From positions 3,030,001 to 3,062,000 of the forward strand of contig CP060262.1 in NCBI GenBank assembly GCA_022646745.1: a stretch of DNA of 32,000 bases. The letters run 5' to 3'. Each line of letters opens with the position of its first letter. Positions within the stretch are counted from its first letter, which is position 1. The position numbers and the translations under genes are program-made. This DNA comes from Planctomycetales bacterium. GTDB lineage: Bacteria; 4484-113; JAFGCY01. The notes under the pieces are model-generated. The model saw nothing but the letters and a program-made list of their open reading frames with translations. It was not told the DNA's origin and searched no databases. Below, in pieces: positions 1-8,176 of the stretch.

Positions 1-1226
1 TCGGCCGCACTGACCGCAACTACCTGCTTGTCAACGACGGTACCGGCAACTTCACGGATTCCCCCGAGAAGGCCCCGGCGCTGAGTAACCGCAGCAACAT
101 CACTGATGCAGTGTTCGAGGACATGGACGGTGACGGCTGGCAGGACCTCGTGATCGCCCGCTTCTGGGGCCCGGTGGAGCTCTGGCTCAACGTCGATGGT
201 GAGCTGGTGTATGCCGAGGACCTGACGGAGCGCGGATGGTGGCGCGGGCTGGCAACCGGTGACTTCAACAGTGACGGTGTGCCTGACGTGATCGCCTGCA
301 ACTTCGGCGAGAACACGAAGTACCACCCGAGCGCTGAGAAGCCGCAGGTCACCTACTGCTTCGACTTCGATGGCAACGGCAGCCGCGACGTGGTGGAGGC
401 GACCTACAACTCCGACGGCACCCAGCTGCCGGGCCGTGGCCGCTCCTGCAGCGGATACGCGATCCGCAGCATCCCGCGCCGCTTCCCGACCTGGACGCAG
501 TTCTCCGAGGCCTCGCTGCGAGATGTCTACGGCGATGACCTTGACCAGTCCGAGGCCTTCTACTGCGACACGGTTGACAGCGTGGTCCTGCTCAGTGGCA
601 ACGGCGACTGGACACCCACGCCGCTGCCCGGCATGGCGCAGTGGACCGTGGCCTTCAGCGCGGCTGTGGCCGACTACAACAATGACGGCAAGCTCGACGC
701 CTTCATCGCCGGCAACCTGGAGCAGGCCCAGCCTGAGGCCGGGCAGTGGGACAGCGGTTACGGGGCGATGCTGCTTGGCAACGGCGATGGCACATTCGAA
801 AGCATCGGCGTGCCCGAATGCGGTGTGCGGGTCTACAACGACCAGCGCGGCAGCGCATCCGCCGACCTCGACCGGGATGGCAATGCAGACCTGCTGATTG
901 CGATCAGCAACGGCCACCCGCGGGTGGCGATGAACCGCGGTACATACAGCAAGGGCAGCGGCCTGAACGTGCAGCTGATGGGTAGCATCGGCAATCCCGA
1001 TGCGCTTGGCGCACGCGTGCTGCTCACACTTGACGATGGAACAGTCCTTTCGCGCACTGTCGGTGACAGTGCCAGCTACCTGGCAAGCAGCACGGCGCCG
1101 GTGCACTTCGGCATCCCCGAGGGACGCACGGCCGCCAACCTGACAGTCAACTGGGCGGACGGCTCCAGCCAGGACGTGGCCGTACCCGCAGGTGAAACCA
1201 AGCTGGAGGTGATGCAGGGCATCTGA
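1..1226 (+). CDS. FG-GAP/VCBS repeat protein with C-terminal ASPIC/UnbV-like domain (CRTAC1-family-like), 5' partial
   Basis: The reading frame is open to the window edge (from nt 3: GRTDRNYLLVNDGTGNFTD...). It carries calcium-type FG-GAP repeats (DMDGDGWQDLV, GDFNSDGVPDV, ADYNNDGKLDAF, ADLDRDGNADLL). The C-terminal segment ALGARVLLTLDDG...SYLASS..VHFGIP...LTVNWADGS is typical of UnbV/ASPIC. Confidence 0.85.
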   Translation, partial: GRTDRNYLLVNDGTGNFTDSPEKAPALSNRSNITDAVFEDMDGDGWQDLVIARFWGPVELWLNVDGELVYAEDLTERGWWRGLATGDFNSDGVPDVIACNFGENTKYHPSAEKPQVTYCFDFDGNGSRDVVEATYNSDGTQLPGRGRSCSGYAIRSIPRRFPTWTQFSEASLRDVYGDDLDQSEAFYCDTVDSVVLLSGNGDWTPTPLPGMAQWTVAFSAAVADYNNDGKLDAFIAGNLEQAQPEAGQWDSGYGAMLLGNGDGTFESIGVPECGVRVYNDQRGSASADLDRDGNADLLIAISNGHPRVAMNRGTYSKGSGLNVQLMGSIGNPDALGARVLLTLDDGTVLSRTVGDSASYLASSTAPVHFGIPEGRTAANLTVNWADGSSQDVAVPAGETKLEVMQGI

Positions 1227-1325
1227 TTGACTGGAATTGTTGGCTGATCGCCTTAAGCCCTTGGACCCGGCTGGAGGCGGAGACGGGCCGTCAGAAGTAC
1301 GGCAATTCTGGACCAGGAGTAAAAA

Positions 1326-4300
1326 TTGGACACGCGCTTTTTGGCCACTGTGCTGGCATGCACGGTGGTAACGGGCTGTATGCGCGACAGTGTGCAGCAG
1401 AACAACAACGGCAGGACCGCTCAGGTTCCGCCGGCCGGTTTGATTGAACCGGTTGAAAGTACACCTCTTGCTTCCGCAACAGGCAGTGCAGCGGGATTCA
1501 CCCTGCTTGATCCACAGCAGAGTGGCATCGACTTCAGCAACGTGATCACCGACCGGCTGGTCATCCTCAGTACATTTTCCACCGTCAGTGGCGTGGCCAG
1601 TGCAGACTTTGACGATGACGGGGACATAGATGTGTTCCTGGTCGGGGTCGAGGAAGCAAGCAGGCTGTTTCGCAACGATGGCTTGATGATATTTACCGAT
1701 GTAACTGCTGAGATGCCCTGCGACATCAGCAACAACGGCGGGCTCGGTGCCAGTGCATTGTTCTTCGATGTGGAACCAGATGGTGACCTGGACCTCTACG
1801 TCGGCTACAAGAACCGCGCCAATTCCCTGTTCATCAATGAGGGCGGGCAGTTCGTGCGGGATGAGGCACAGGAACGCGGGGTGGCGAACGAGTTCGCCAC
1901 CGCAAGTGCAGCGGTGTTTGATGCTGACAACGACGGCGACCTGGACATGTACATCGCCAGCCACCTGGATTTCCCGCACGACAGGGGAATCCTGCGCGGG
2001 CTGTACGGCACCGGTGACCGCAATGACGACATCATCATTTCACCTGAGCACAGGGACAAGTTCTACAAAACGAAGTACGGCGACACGATGATGAAGCCGG
2101 ATCCGGACCAGTTCCTGCTCAATGACGGCAGCGGGCACTTCATGGATGCCACCGAGGCATCCGGGATGGATGTGATCAGCTGGAGCATGCAGCCGCTGGC
2201 CGTTGACATAAATAATGATGGCTGGACGGACCTCTACCTGACCAGCGACCTTGAGACGCCGGATTCCCTGTTCATCAACAACCAGGACGGGACCTTCACG
2301 GACCGCAGTGCGGAACTGCTGCTGAAGAGCCCGTACTTCTCGATGGGCGCGGACATGGGTGACATAAACAATGACGGATTGCCGGACCTCTATGCCGGCG
2401 ACATGCTCAGCCGCGAAAAGGGCCGGGCCAAGCGCCAGAGTGGCGACATGAAGGAGTTCCGCACCCTGCTGGTCAAGGAAGAGACCCAGCCTGTGATGCG
2501 CAACATGCTGTGGCTGAACCGCGGCGGCGGGCACTTCACCGAGATGGCGGAGTATGCCGGTGTGAAGGCGGCCGAATGGACCTGGTCCAGCCGCTTTGCC
2601 GACCTGGACTGCGACGGCTGGGAGGACCTGGTGGTTGCCAACGGTTTCATCCGGGATGCTGCCGACGTGGACGAAATGAACACCGTGCGGCGCATGGCTG
2701 CCCTGCACGCACCGGCGGAGGAGATCGAAGGCATCACGCTGGCGCAGCCGATCCTGAAGTCGACGAACTATGTGTTCCAGCGCAAGGCCCCCGGCAGCCT
2801 GCAGTTCGCTATGGTGGACGGCAACTGGGGCATAACAAATGAGACCTTCACGCCAAGCATTGCACTGGTCGACTTTGACAACGACGGCGACCTGGACATG
2901 CTGAGCAACAACGTGATGGACAGGGCGGACCTGTACCGCAATGACAGCCCGGCCGGGAATCGGGTGGTGGTCAGCCTGGAGCAGGGTGGAGCGAATCCAC
3001 AGGCCTGGGGGGCTCGGCTGTGGGCGAATGTCGGCGACATGGTGCTGACGCGTGACCTGATCGCCAACCGTGGATACGCCACCGGAGAGCCGGCTGTGGC
3101 CTGCTTCGGGCTCGGAGATGCCAGCCAGATTGACAAGCTGGAAATCCGCTGGCCGGATGGCAGCCTGCAGACCGTGGACAAGCTTGCGGCAGGAATGCAC
3201 CATATGATCCTCTACCAGCCTGGCCTGCCACAATGGCAGCCAGTAGGGCAGCCGCCGATGTTCACGGAAGAGAAGCTCGACTGGGGCCGGATTGAGGCGG
3301 ACACTGACAGGCTCGAGTTTGACGATGAGCCGCTGCTGCCATTCATGCAGGGATACAGCGGCGGCGGTATCGGTGCCGCGGACCTGAATGGCGATGGATA
3401 CACTGATGTGTACGTTGCAGGTGCAGCCGGGCAGCGTGGCTCGATGCTGCTTGGAAACCCGGACGGCAGCTTCACGGAGGCCGAGGACTTCATGCCGCGC
3501 AATGATGCCTCCGTTGAGGAAATGGCGGTGCTGTGCTTTGATGCCAACGCCGACGGCTGGACGGATGTGCTGGTCACCGCCGGCGGCATGGAAGGCAAGG
3601 ATGATCGCGATTACCGTGACCGGCTGATGATCAACAACGAAGGCAAGGGCCTGCGGGTCGTGCCGCTCGGAATGGATGCGAATGTCTCCACGGCTGCTGC
3701 TGATGCAGCTGACATTGACGGCGATGGTGATGTGGACCTGCTGATCTGCGGGCATATCGCCGGGCGCAGCCTGGGCACTGGCACCCGTTCGTGGATCCTT
3801 ACCAATGATGGTTCGGGCAGCTTCAGCGATGCAACCGCAACGATCTGCCCGCAGCTGATGCAGCAGCGCCTGATCACTGACGCTGCACTGCAGGACCTGG
3901 ATGGCGATCGGCTGCCGGAACTGGTGGCCAGCGTGAGCTGGGGCCCTGTGATGGTATTTGGCAACATTGATGGAAAGCTGGTCCTTTCCCAGGAACTGGG
4001 CGGGAATGGCTGGTGGAACAGCATCTGCCTGGCGGACATGAATGCCGATGGCGCACTGGAGATCATCGCCGGCAACATCGGTGAGAACACGAAGTACCAT
4101 CCGTCTGAAGGCAAGCCGGCCGCGATGTATGCCGGTGACATGGATGGCAATGGAACGCGTGACCTGATCGAGGTCGGCTACCGGGGTAACGGTGAACTGA
4201 TCCCGGGTCGCGGACGCTCCTGCAGCGGATATGCGATCGAGAGCATCCCGCAGAACTTCCCGACCTGGAAAAGCTTCTCTGAGGCCAGCCTGGAGGATGT

Positions 4301-4994
4301 CTACGGCAAGCAGATCTTCAACACTGAATACTTTGAAGTGACGAACATTGCCAACTGCATCTTCGTGAATGACGGCAGCGGCGGTTTCAGCGAACAGCAC
4401 CTGCCGGTGATGGCGCAGCTGGCTCCCATTTATGGGATGATTGCACAGGACTTCAATGGGGATGGCAACATGGACCTGTTCCTGGCCAACAACTTCCGCT
4501 GGACCCAGCCGGAGACAGGGCGCTGGAACATCGGCACCCAGACGCTTCTGCTCGGTGACGGGCAGTTCGGCTTTGAGGCAGTCGATCCGGCGGATAGCGG
4601 CATCCTGATCCAGCAGGATGGCCGTGGCCTCGTCTGCACTGACTTCAACAATGATTCGAAACCGGACCTGCTGCTGTGCTGCTGCAATTCAGAGGCCAGG
4701 ATACTGGACAACGATGCCTGCGCGGGCAGCCTGCTGGAGGTCAGCCTCACTGGCCCGGCAGCCAATCCGGATGCTATCGGAAGTGTGATTTCAGTTGAGC
4801 TGTCCAGCGGCCAGTTGCTGCGGCACCATGTGACCGTTCGCAGCTCATACCTGAGCAGTTACAGCGGATCGCAGCAGCTGGTGATCCCGGCAGGTGAGAC
4901 CCTGGCAGGAATTTTCGTAAGCTGGCCGGATGGGTCTGAGAGTTCCACACAGGCCATCACCAACGGCAGGGTTAGCCTCAGCTGGGGCAGCTGA
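1326..4994 (+). CDS. Large lipoprotein made of two [FG-GAP repeat + ASPIC/UnbV] modules (CRTAC1-family-like)
   Basis: TTG start lies 7 nt after AGGAG (1314-1318). The N-terminus MDTRFLATVLACTVVTGC has lipobox VTGC. It has many D-x-D/N-x-D-G repeats and two UnbV-like segments (AWGARLWANVGD...LEIRWPDGS mid-protein; AIGSVISVELSS...IFVSWPDGS at the C-terminus). Confidence 0.9.
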   Translation: MDTRFLATVLACTVVTGCMRDSVQQNNNGRTAQVPPAGLIEPVESTPLASATGSAAGFTLLDPQQSGIDFSNVITDRLVILSTFSTVSGVASADFDDDGDIDVFLVGVEEASRLFRNDGLMIFTDVTAEMPCDISNNGGLGASALFFDVEPDGDLDLYVGYKNRANSLFINEGGQFVRDEAQERGVANEFATASAAVFDADNDGDLDMYIASHLDFPHDRGILRGLYGTGDRNDDIIISPEHRDKFYKTKYGDTMMKPDPDQFLLNDGSGHFMDATEASGMDVISWSMQPLAVDINNDGWTDLYLTSDLETPDSLFINNQDGTFTDRSAELLLKSPYFSMGADMGDINNDGLPDLYAGDMLSREKGRAKRQSGDMKEFRTLLVKEETQPVMRNMLWLNRGGGHFTEMAEYAGVKAAEWTWSSRFADLDCDGWEDLVVANGFIRDAADVDEMNTVRRMAALHAPAEEIEGITLAQPILKSTNYVFQRKAPGSLQFAMVDGNWGITNETFTPSIALVDFDNDGDLDMLSNNVMDRADLYRNDSPAGNRVVVSLEQGGANPQAWGARLWANVGDMVLTRDLIANRGYATGEPAVACFGLGDASQIDKLEIRWPDGSLQTVDKLAAGMHHMILYQPGLPQWQPVGQPPMFTEEKLDWGRIEADTDRLEFDDEPLLPFMQGYSGGGIGAADLNGDGYTDVYVAGAAGQRGSMLLGNPDGSFTEAEDFMPRNDASVEEMAVLCFDANADGWTDVLVTAGGMEGKDDRDYRDRLMINNEGKGLRVVPLGMDANVSTAAADAADIDGDGDVDLLICGHIAGRSLGTGTRSWILTNDGSGSFSDATATICPQLMQQRLITDAALQDLDGDRLPELVASVSWGPVMVFGNIDGKLVLSQELGGNGWWNSICLADMNADGALEIIAGNIGENTKYHPSEGKPAAMYAGDMDGNGTRDLIEVGYRGNGELIPGRGRSCSGYAIESIPQNFPTWKSFSEASLEDVYGKQIFNTEYFEVTNIANCIFVNDGSGGFSEQHLPVMAQLAPIYGMIAQDFNGDGNMDLFLANNFRWTQPETGRWNIGTQTLLLGDGQFGFEAVDPADSGILIQQDGRGLVCTDFNNDSKPDLLLCCCNSEARILDNDACAGSLLEVSLTGPAANPDAIGSVISVELSSGQLLRHHVTVRSSYLSSYSGSQQLVIPAGETLAGIFVSWPDGSESSTQAITNGRVSLSWGS

Positions 4995-4999
4995 GCGGA

Positions 5000-5257
5000 T
5001 TAGAGACGGATCCCGAATTCCTCGGCGAGCTCATCGTTGCTGGGCTCGCTGAGGATGTTGCCCTGGTGCAGGATGATCGGAATACGGCGCTTAGGCCCGA
5101 GCCCGGCCTCGATGTTGTACTGCACCACTTCCTCAGCCAGCTTCGCGTCCATCATGATGTTGCGCTCCTCAAAGGGGATGTTGTGCTCCCTGAGGAAGTT
5201 CTTGGCGCGCACACAGTCCCCGCACCAGTCAGCGCTGTAAACGATCACTTCAGCCAT
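5000..5257 (-). CDS. Glutaredoxin-like / thioredoxin-fold small redox protein (CxxC = WCGDC)
   Basis: 85 aa, MAEVIVYSADWCGDCVRAKNFLREHNIPFEE... is a classic glutaredoxin/NrdH-like N-terminus. GGAGG RBS (complement of 5264-5268) sits 6 nt before the ATG. Confidence 0.85.
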   Translation of the reverse strand: MAEVIVYSADWCGDCVRAKNFLREHNIPFEERNIMMDAKLAEEVVQYNIEAGLGPKRRIPIILHQGNILSEPSNDELAEEFGIRL

Positions 5258-5349
5258 CTATATCCTCCATGCAACGGGCTGTCAGGATAAAATAGATATT
5301 CCGAAAATACTGAGACTATTTTGACACTTTGATCGTTATTATTAGGATC

Positions 5350-6789
5350 GTGTCCAAGGCCATTGCTGCTCCCCGCAAGCACTCCCTGATCAGCTGGAAC
5401 TCGCCGGCCGAGCTCGCGCGCATGATCCTGATCCTCGCGCTGCCGGTCACGCTGACCAATGCGCTGCAGACCCTGATCGGTTTCGTGGACACCCGGATGG
5501 TCAGCCCGCTCGGGGCGGAGGCACTGTCCAGCCTGGCCGTCGGACGGACCAGCATGTGGATGCTGATGAGCGTCTTCATGGGACTGGGGACGGGCATCAC
5601 GGCCTATGTGGCCCGGCTGATCGGGATGGGTGAGCCGCAGAAAGCGCGCCACTATGCGATGGTCGGCATCATGGCCGGCCTGATCATCGGCGCGGTGCTC
5701 GGTGCAATCGGACTGCTGGTCGGACCCAAGCCGGTGCAGTGGATGGTGACCAGCGACCAGGCGATGAGCGACTCAGTCAGCATTGAACTGACCCGCCAGT
5801 ACGCATGGCAGTACTTCCAGATCCTGCTCCTTGGTGTCGGCGCGGTCGGTTTCCAGATGGCCTGCGTGAGTGTTTTCAACAGCGTCGGCAAGACGATGTT
5901 CCCGCTCTGGCTGCTGGTGGTATCGAACATTGCGAACTTCGCCGGCAACTGGTTCCTGATCTCACGCTACCAGGTGGCTGGAGCTGCATGGAGCACGACA
6001 CTCACGACCCTGATCGCGGCGGCGGTGGCATTCTTCATGCTGCGCGAGCAGGGAGACATTGACAACACCTGGCGCGAAATCGTCCGGCCCTTGCGCAAGG
6101 CCTGGGAAATGTTCTCCCTCGGCTTCCCTGTGATCCTGCAGGTCGGGATGCGCGCGATGGCGATGCTGGCGATCATCAAGATCATCACACAGCTGCCGGG
6201 TTCAGTCGTCGGCCAGAGCGCCCTGCATGTCGGTCTGCAGGCGGAGAGCCTGGCCTTCATGCCGGCCTTCGCCTTCAGCATCGCAGCGGCCACGCTCGTG
6301 GGCCAGAACCTCGGGGCGCGGCAGGTCGAGCAGGCGAGGGTAAGTGCGCTGTACTGCGTGGCCGGCAGCCAGGTGATCATGTGGACGATGGGCATCCTGT
6401 TCTATTCCTTCGCGCCGCAGTTCATCGTGCTGTTCATCGGCAAGGCGGCCCCCGAAGTGGTGGCGCCGGCGGCCGACTTCCTGAAGATCATGGCCCTGTG
6501 CCTGCCGGGACTGGGTGTCGGCATGACGCTCAACGGCGCACTGCGCGGCAGTGGCGACACCGCGATCACTGCATGGATCGCCTTCACCGCGATGTGGGTG
6601 GTGCGCCTGCCGCTGATGGGTTACCTCGCTTTTGACAACCTGTTTGGAACTGGTATCGGACTGGGCTGGGGCCTGTCCGGCTTGTGGTGGGGCATGGCGC
6701 TGTCAGTCTACGTTGAGGCCGCGCTGGTGTTCTGGCGCTTCCAGACCGGCAAGTGGAAGACCATCAAGCTGCGCGACGCCGACGGCTAG
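5350..6789 (+). CDS. MATE family efflux transporter (NorM/DinF-like)
   Basis: Polytopic hydrophobic protein. The N-terminal box ...ELARMILILALPVTLTNALQTLIGFVDTRMVSPLG aligns with the MATE N-terminus. Start is ambiguous (TTG 5329 or GTG 5350). Confidence 0.88.
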   Translation: MSKAIAAPRKHSLISWNSPAELARMILILALPVTLTNALQTLIGFVDTRMVSPLGAEALSSLAVGRTSMWMLMSVFMGLGTGITAYVARLIGMGEPQKARHYAMVGIMAGLIIGAVLGAIGLLVGPKPVQWMVTSDQAMSDSVSIELTRQYAWQYFQILLLGVGAVGFQMACVSVFNSVGKTMFPLWLLVVSNIANFAGNWFLISRYQVAGAAWSTTLTTLIAAAVAFFMLREQGDIDNTWREIVRPLRKAWEMFSLGFPVILQVGMRAMAMLAIIKIITQLPGSVVGQSALHVGLQAESLAFMPAFAFSIAAATLVGQNLGARQVEQARVSALYCVAGSQVIMWTMGILFYSFAPQFIVLFIGKAAPEVVAPAADFLKIMALCLPGLGVGMTLNGALRGSGDTAITAWIAFTAMWVVRLPLMGYLAFDNLFGTGIGLGWGLSGLWWGMALSVYVEAALVFWRFQTGKWKTIKLRDADG

Positions 6790-6813
6790 GAGGCCTGACG
6801 CCAGACCTCCTAG
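6786..6813. terminator. Hairpin between convergent genes (12-bp stem with 1 mismatch, loop ACGC), possible bidirectional terminator
   Basis: ctaggaggcctg-acgc-cagacctcctag. It contains the TAG stop of the MATE gene (6787-6789) and the TAG stop of the DUF1501 gene (complement of 6810-6812). No U-tract follows. Confidence 0.4.
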
Positions 6814-8033
6814 GCGAACAGCGGCAGGTTGTCAAAGCGGCCGCCCAGCAATTTCTCACTATCGGCTGCCAGCCAGCGGTCCAGCACCGTGGCATACACC
6901 TTGCGGAAGTCCGTGCTGTAGCGCAGGTCGCCGTCGTCAAGGTCGGACAGGCTCGGGTACTCGCCATGCAGGCCGCCCTTCACTGCGCCGCCGGCAATGA
7001 AGATCGGGCCGGCCTGGCCATGGTCCGTACCGCCGGAGCCATTTTCCTTCACGCGCCGGCCGAACTCCGAGAATGCCAGCACTGTGACCTTGTCACGCAT
7101 CCCGATCTGCGCCATTTCCTCCATGAAGCTGGAGAGCCCTGCAGCGAAGTTGCCAAGCAGCTCGGCGTGCTTGTCAGCCTGGCCGGCATGGGTGTCGAAG
7201 CCGCCGACGCTCAGGTAGGCCACGCGGGTCAGCGGCGAGACCGCGATCAGTTTCGCCAGCTGGCGAAAGCCGGAGCTGAACTTGTCATCCTTGTACTCGA
7301 TCACATTCTCATATTTACCAAGCATGCTGTTCAGTTCATGCACGGCGTCCAGTGCGCTGTTGGTGCTCTGGCTGACATGGGCGAAGCCGCCATTGCCACC
7401 CATCTGCTGGATCGCCCGCATCGCTTCTTCGGCGTCCTGCGTGCCGGCCAGCTCGGAGATGTCGTCCAGGCTGGCAATCGTCGGAACGCTGACACGCCCG
7501 GCGGTCATTGCCGGGCTGGCTGAGGTGTCGAGGCAGAGCCCTGCGACGGGGCTGACCGGGTTCTGCAGCTGGTCGAGGTAGTTCCCCAGCCAGCCGGTGG
7601 TGGCCTGTGCATCCGGGCTGGCGGTCTGCCAGATCTTCATCGAACGGAAGTGGCTGCGGTTGTGCTCCGGGTAGCCTGCACCGTTGATGATTGCGAGGCT
7701 GCCCTCGTCCCACAGGCCCTTGAGCGGCTTGAGTGCCGGGTGCAGGGCAAGCGTGTCGGAGATCGGGATCTGCTCCTTCTCGGCGATACCGATGCCGGGG
7801 CGCAGGCGGTAGTAGTCCTTCACGCTGTAGGGGATCACGGTGTTCAGGCCGTCATTTCCACCACTGAGCTGGCAGACCACGAGCACATTGTCATTGCGGG
7901 CGGTGACGCCGTTCAGGCGCTCCGTCTTCTGGGCAAGCGCCACGCCGCGCAGCCAGGCCGGTGTGAGCAGGCCGATGGCCAGCACACTGCCGCTGCGTAC
8001 CAGGAAGTCCCTTCTCGAATGCTTGTCAGCCAT
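6810..8033 (-). CDS. DUF1501 domain protein (sulfatase/alkaline-phosphatase-like, Tat-exported)
   Basis: Twin-arginine signal MADKHSRRDFLVRSGSVLAIGLL. Also GGFDTH and FSEFGRRVKENGSGGTDHG motifs typical of DUF1501. GGGAG RBS precedes the ATG. Confidence 0.9.
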   Translation of the reverse strand: MADKHSRRDFLVRSGSVLAIGLLTPAWLRGVALAQKTERLNGVTARNDNVLVVCQLSGGNDGLNTVIPYSVKDYYRLRPGIGIAEKEQIPISDTLALHPALKPLKGLWDEGSLAIINGAGYPEHNRSHFRSMKIWQTASPDAQATTGWLGNYLDQLQNPVSPVAGLCLDTSASPAMTAGRVSVPTIASLDDISELAGTQDAEEAMRAIQQMGGNGGFAHVSQSTNSALDAVHELNSMLGKYENVIEYKDDKFSSGFRQLAKLIAVSPLTRVAYLSVGGFDTHAGQADKHAELLGNFAAGLSSFMEEMAQIGMRDKVTVLAFSEFGRRVKENGSGGTDHGQAGPIFIAGGAVKGGLHGEYPSLSDLDDGDLRYSTDFRKVYATVLDRWLAADSEKLLGGRFDNLPLFA

Positions 8034-8047
8034 TTGTTCTCCCGGCG

Positions 8048-8065
8048 GTCAGACGAAAGTCTGAC
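8048..8065 (-). other. Stem-loop (7-bp stem, GAAA/TTTC loop) just upstream of the DUF1501 RBS
   Basis: gtcagac-gaaa-gtctgac, read directly. Confidence 0.5.
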
Positions 8066-8126
8066 AACCTTAAAATCTCACTTCTTTCATCAATATTCAG
8101 CGCAGCTCCGACTTCGCCTTTGAAAT

Positions 8127-8175
8127 GGAGGCCAGGCAGTCTGCCTGGCATTGCCAAGCTTACAGCTTGGCCTCC
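8127..8175 (-). other. Two adjacent GC-rich palindromes right after the DUF1800 stop codon, with an alternative outer pairing
   Basis: gccaggcag-t-ctgcctggc (8131-8149) and gccaagct-tac-agcttggc (8153-8171). An outer ggaggcc (8127-8133) / ggcctcc (8169-8175) pairing overlaps the hairpin arms. Confidence 0.5.
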
Positions 8176-8176
8176 G

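Noticed and set aside
2040-4400. 786-aa ORF on the minus strand inside the FG-GAP lipoprotein gene
   Set aside because: It lies entirely antisense to a gene with clear family motifs. Its translation is Arg/Ala/His/Val/Gln-rich with no motifs, and stop-poor antisense frames are typical of high-GC DNA.
5321-5348. Promoter-like TTGACA-16 nt-TAGGAT upstream of the MATE gene
   Set aside because: The implied transcription start would fall at or after the only plausible MATE start codons (5329/5350). The -10 matches only 4/6, so I do not call it.
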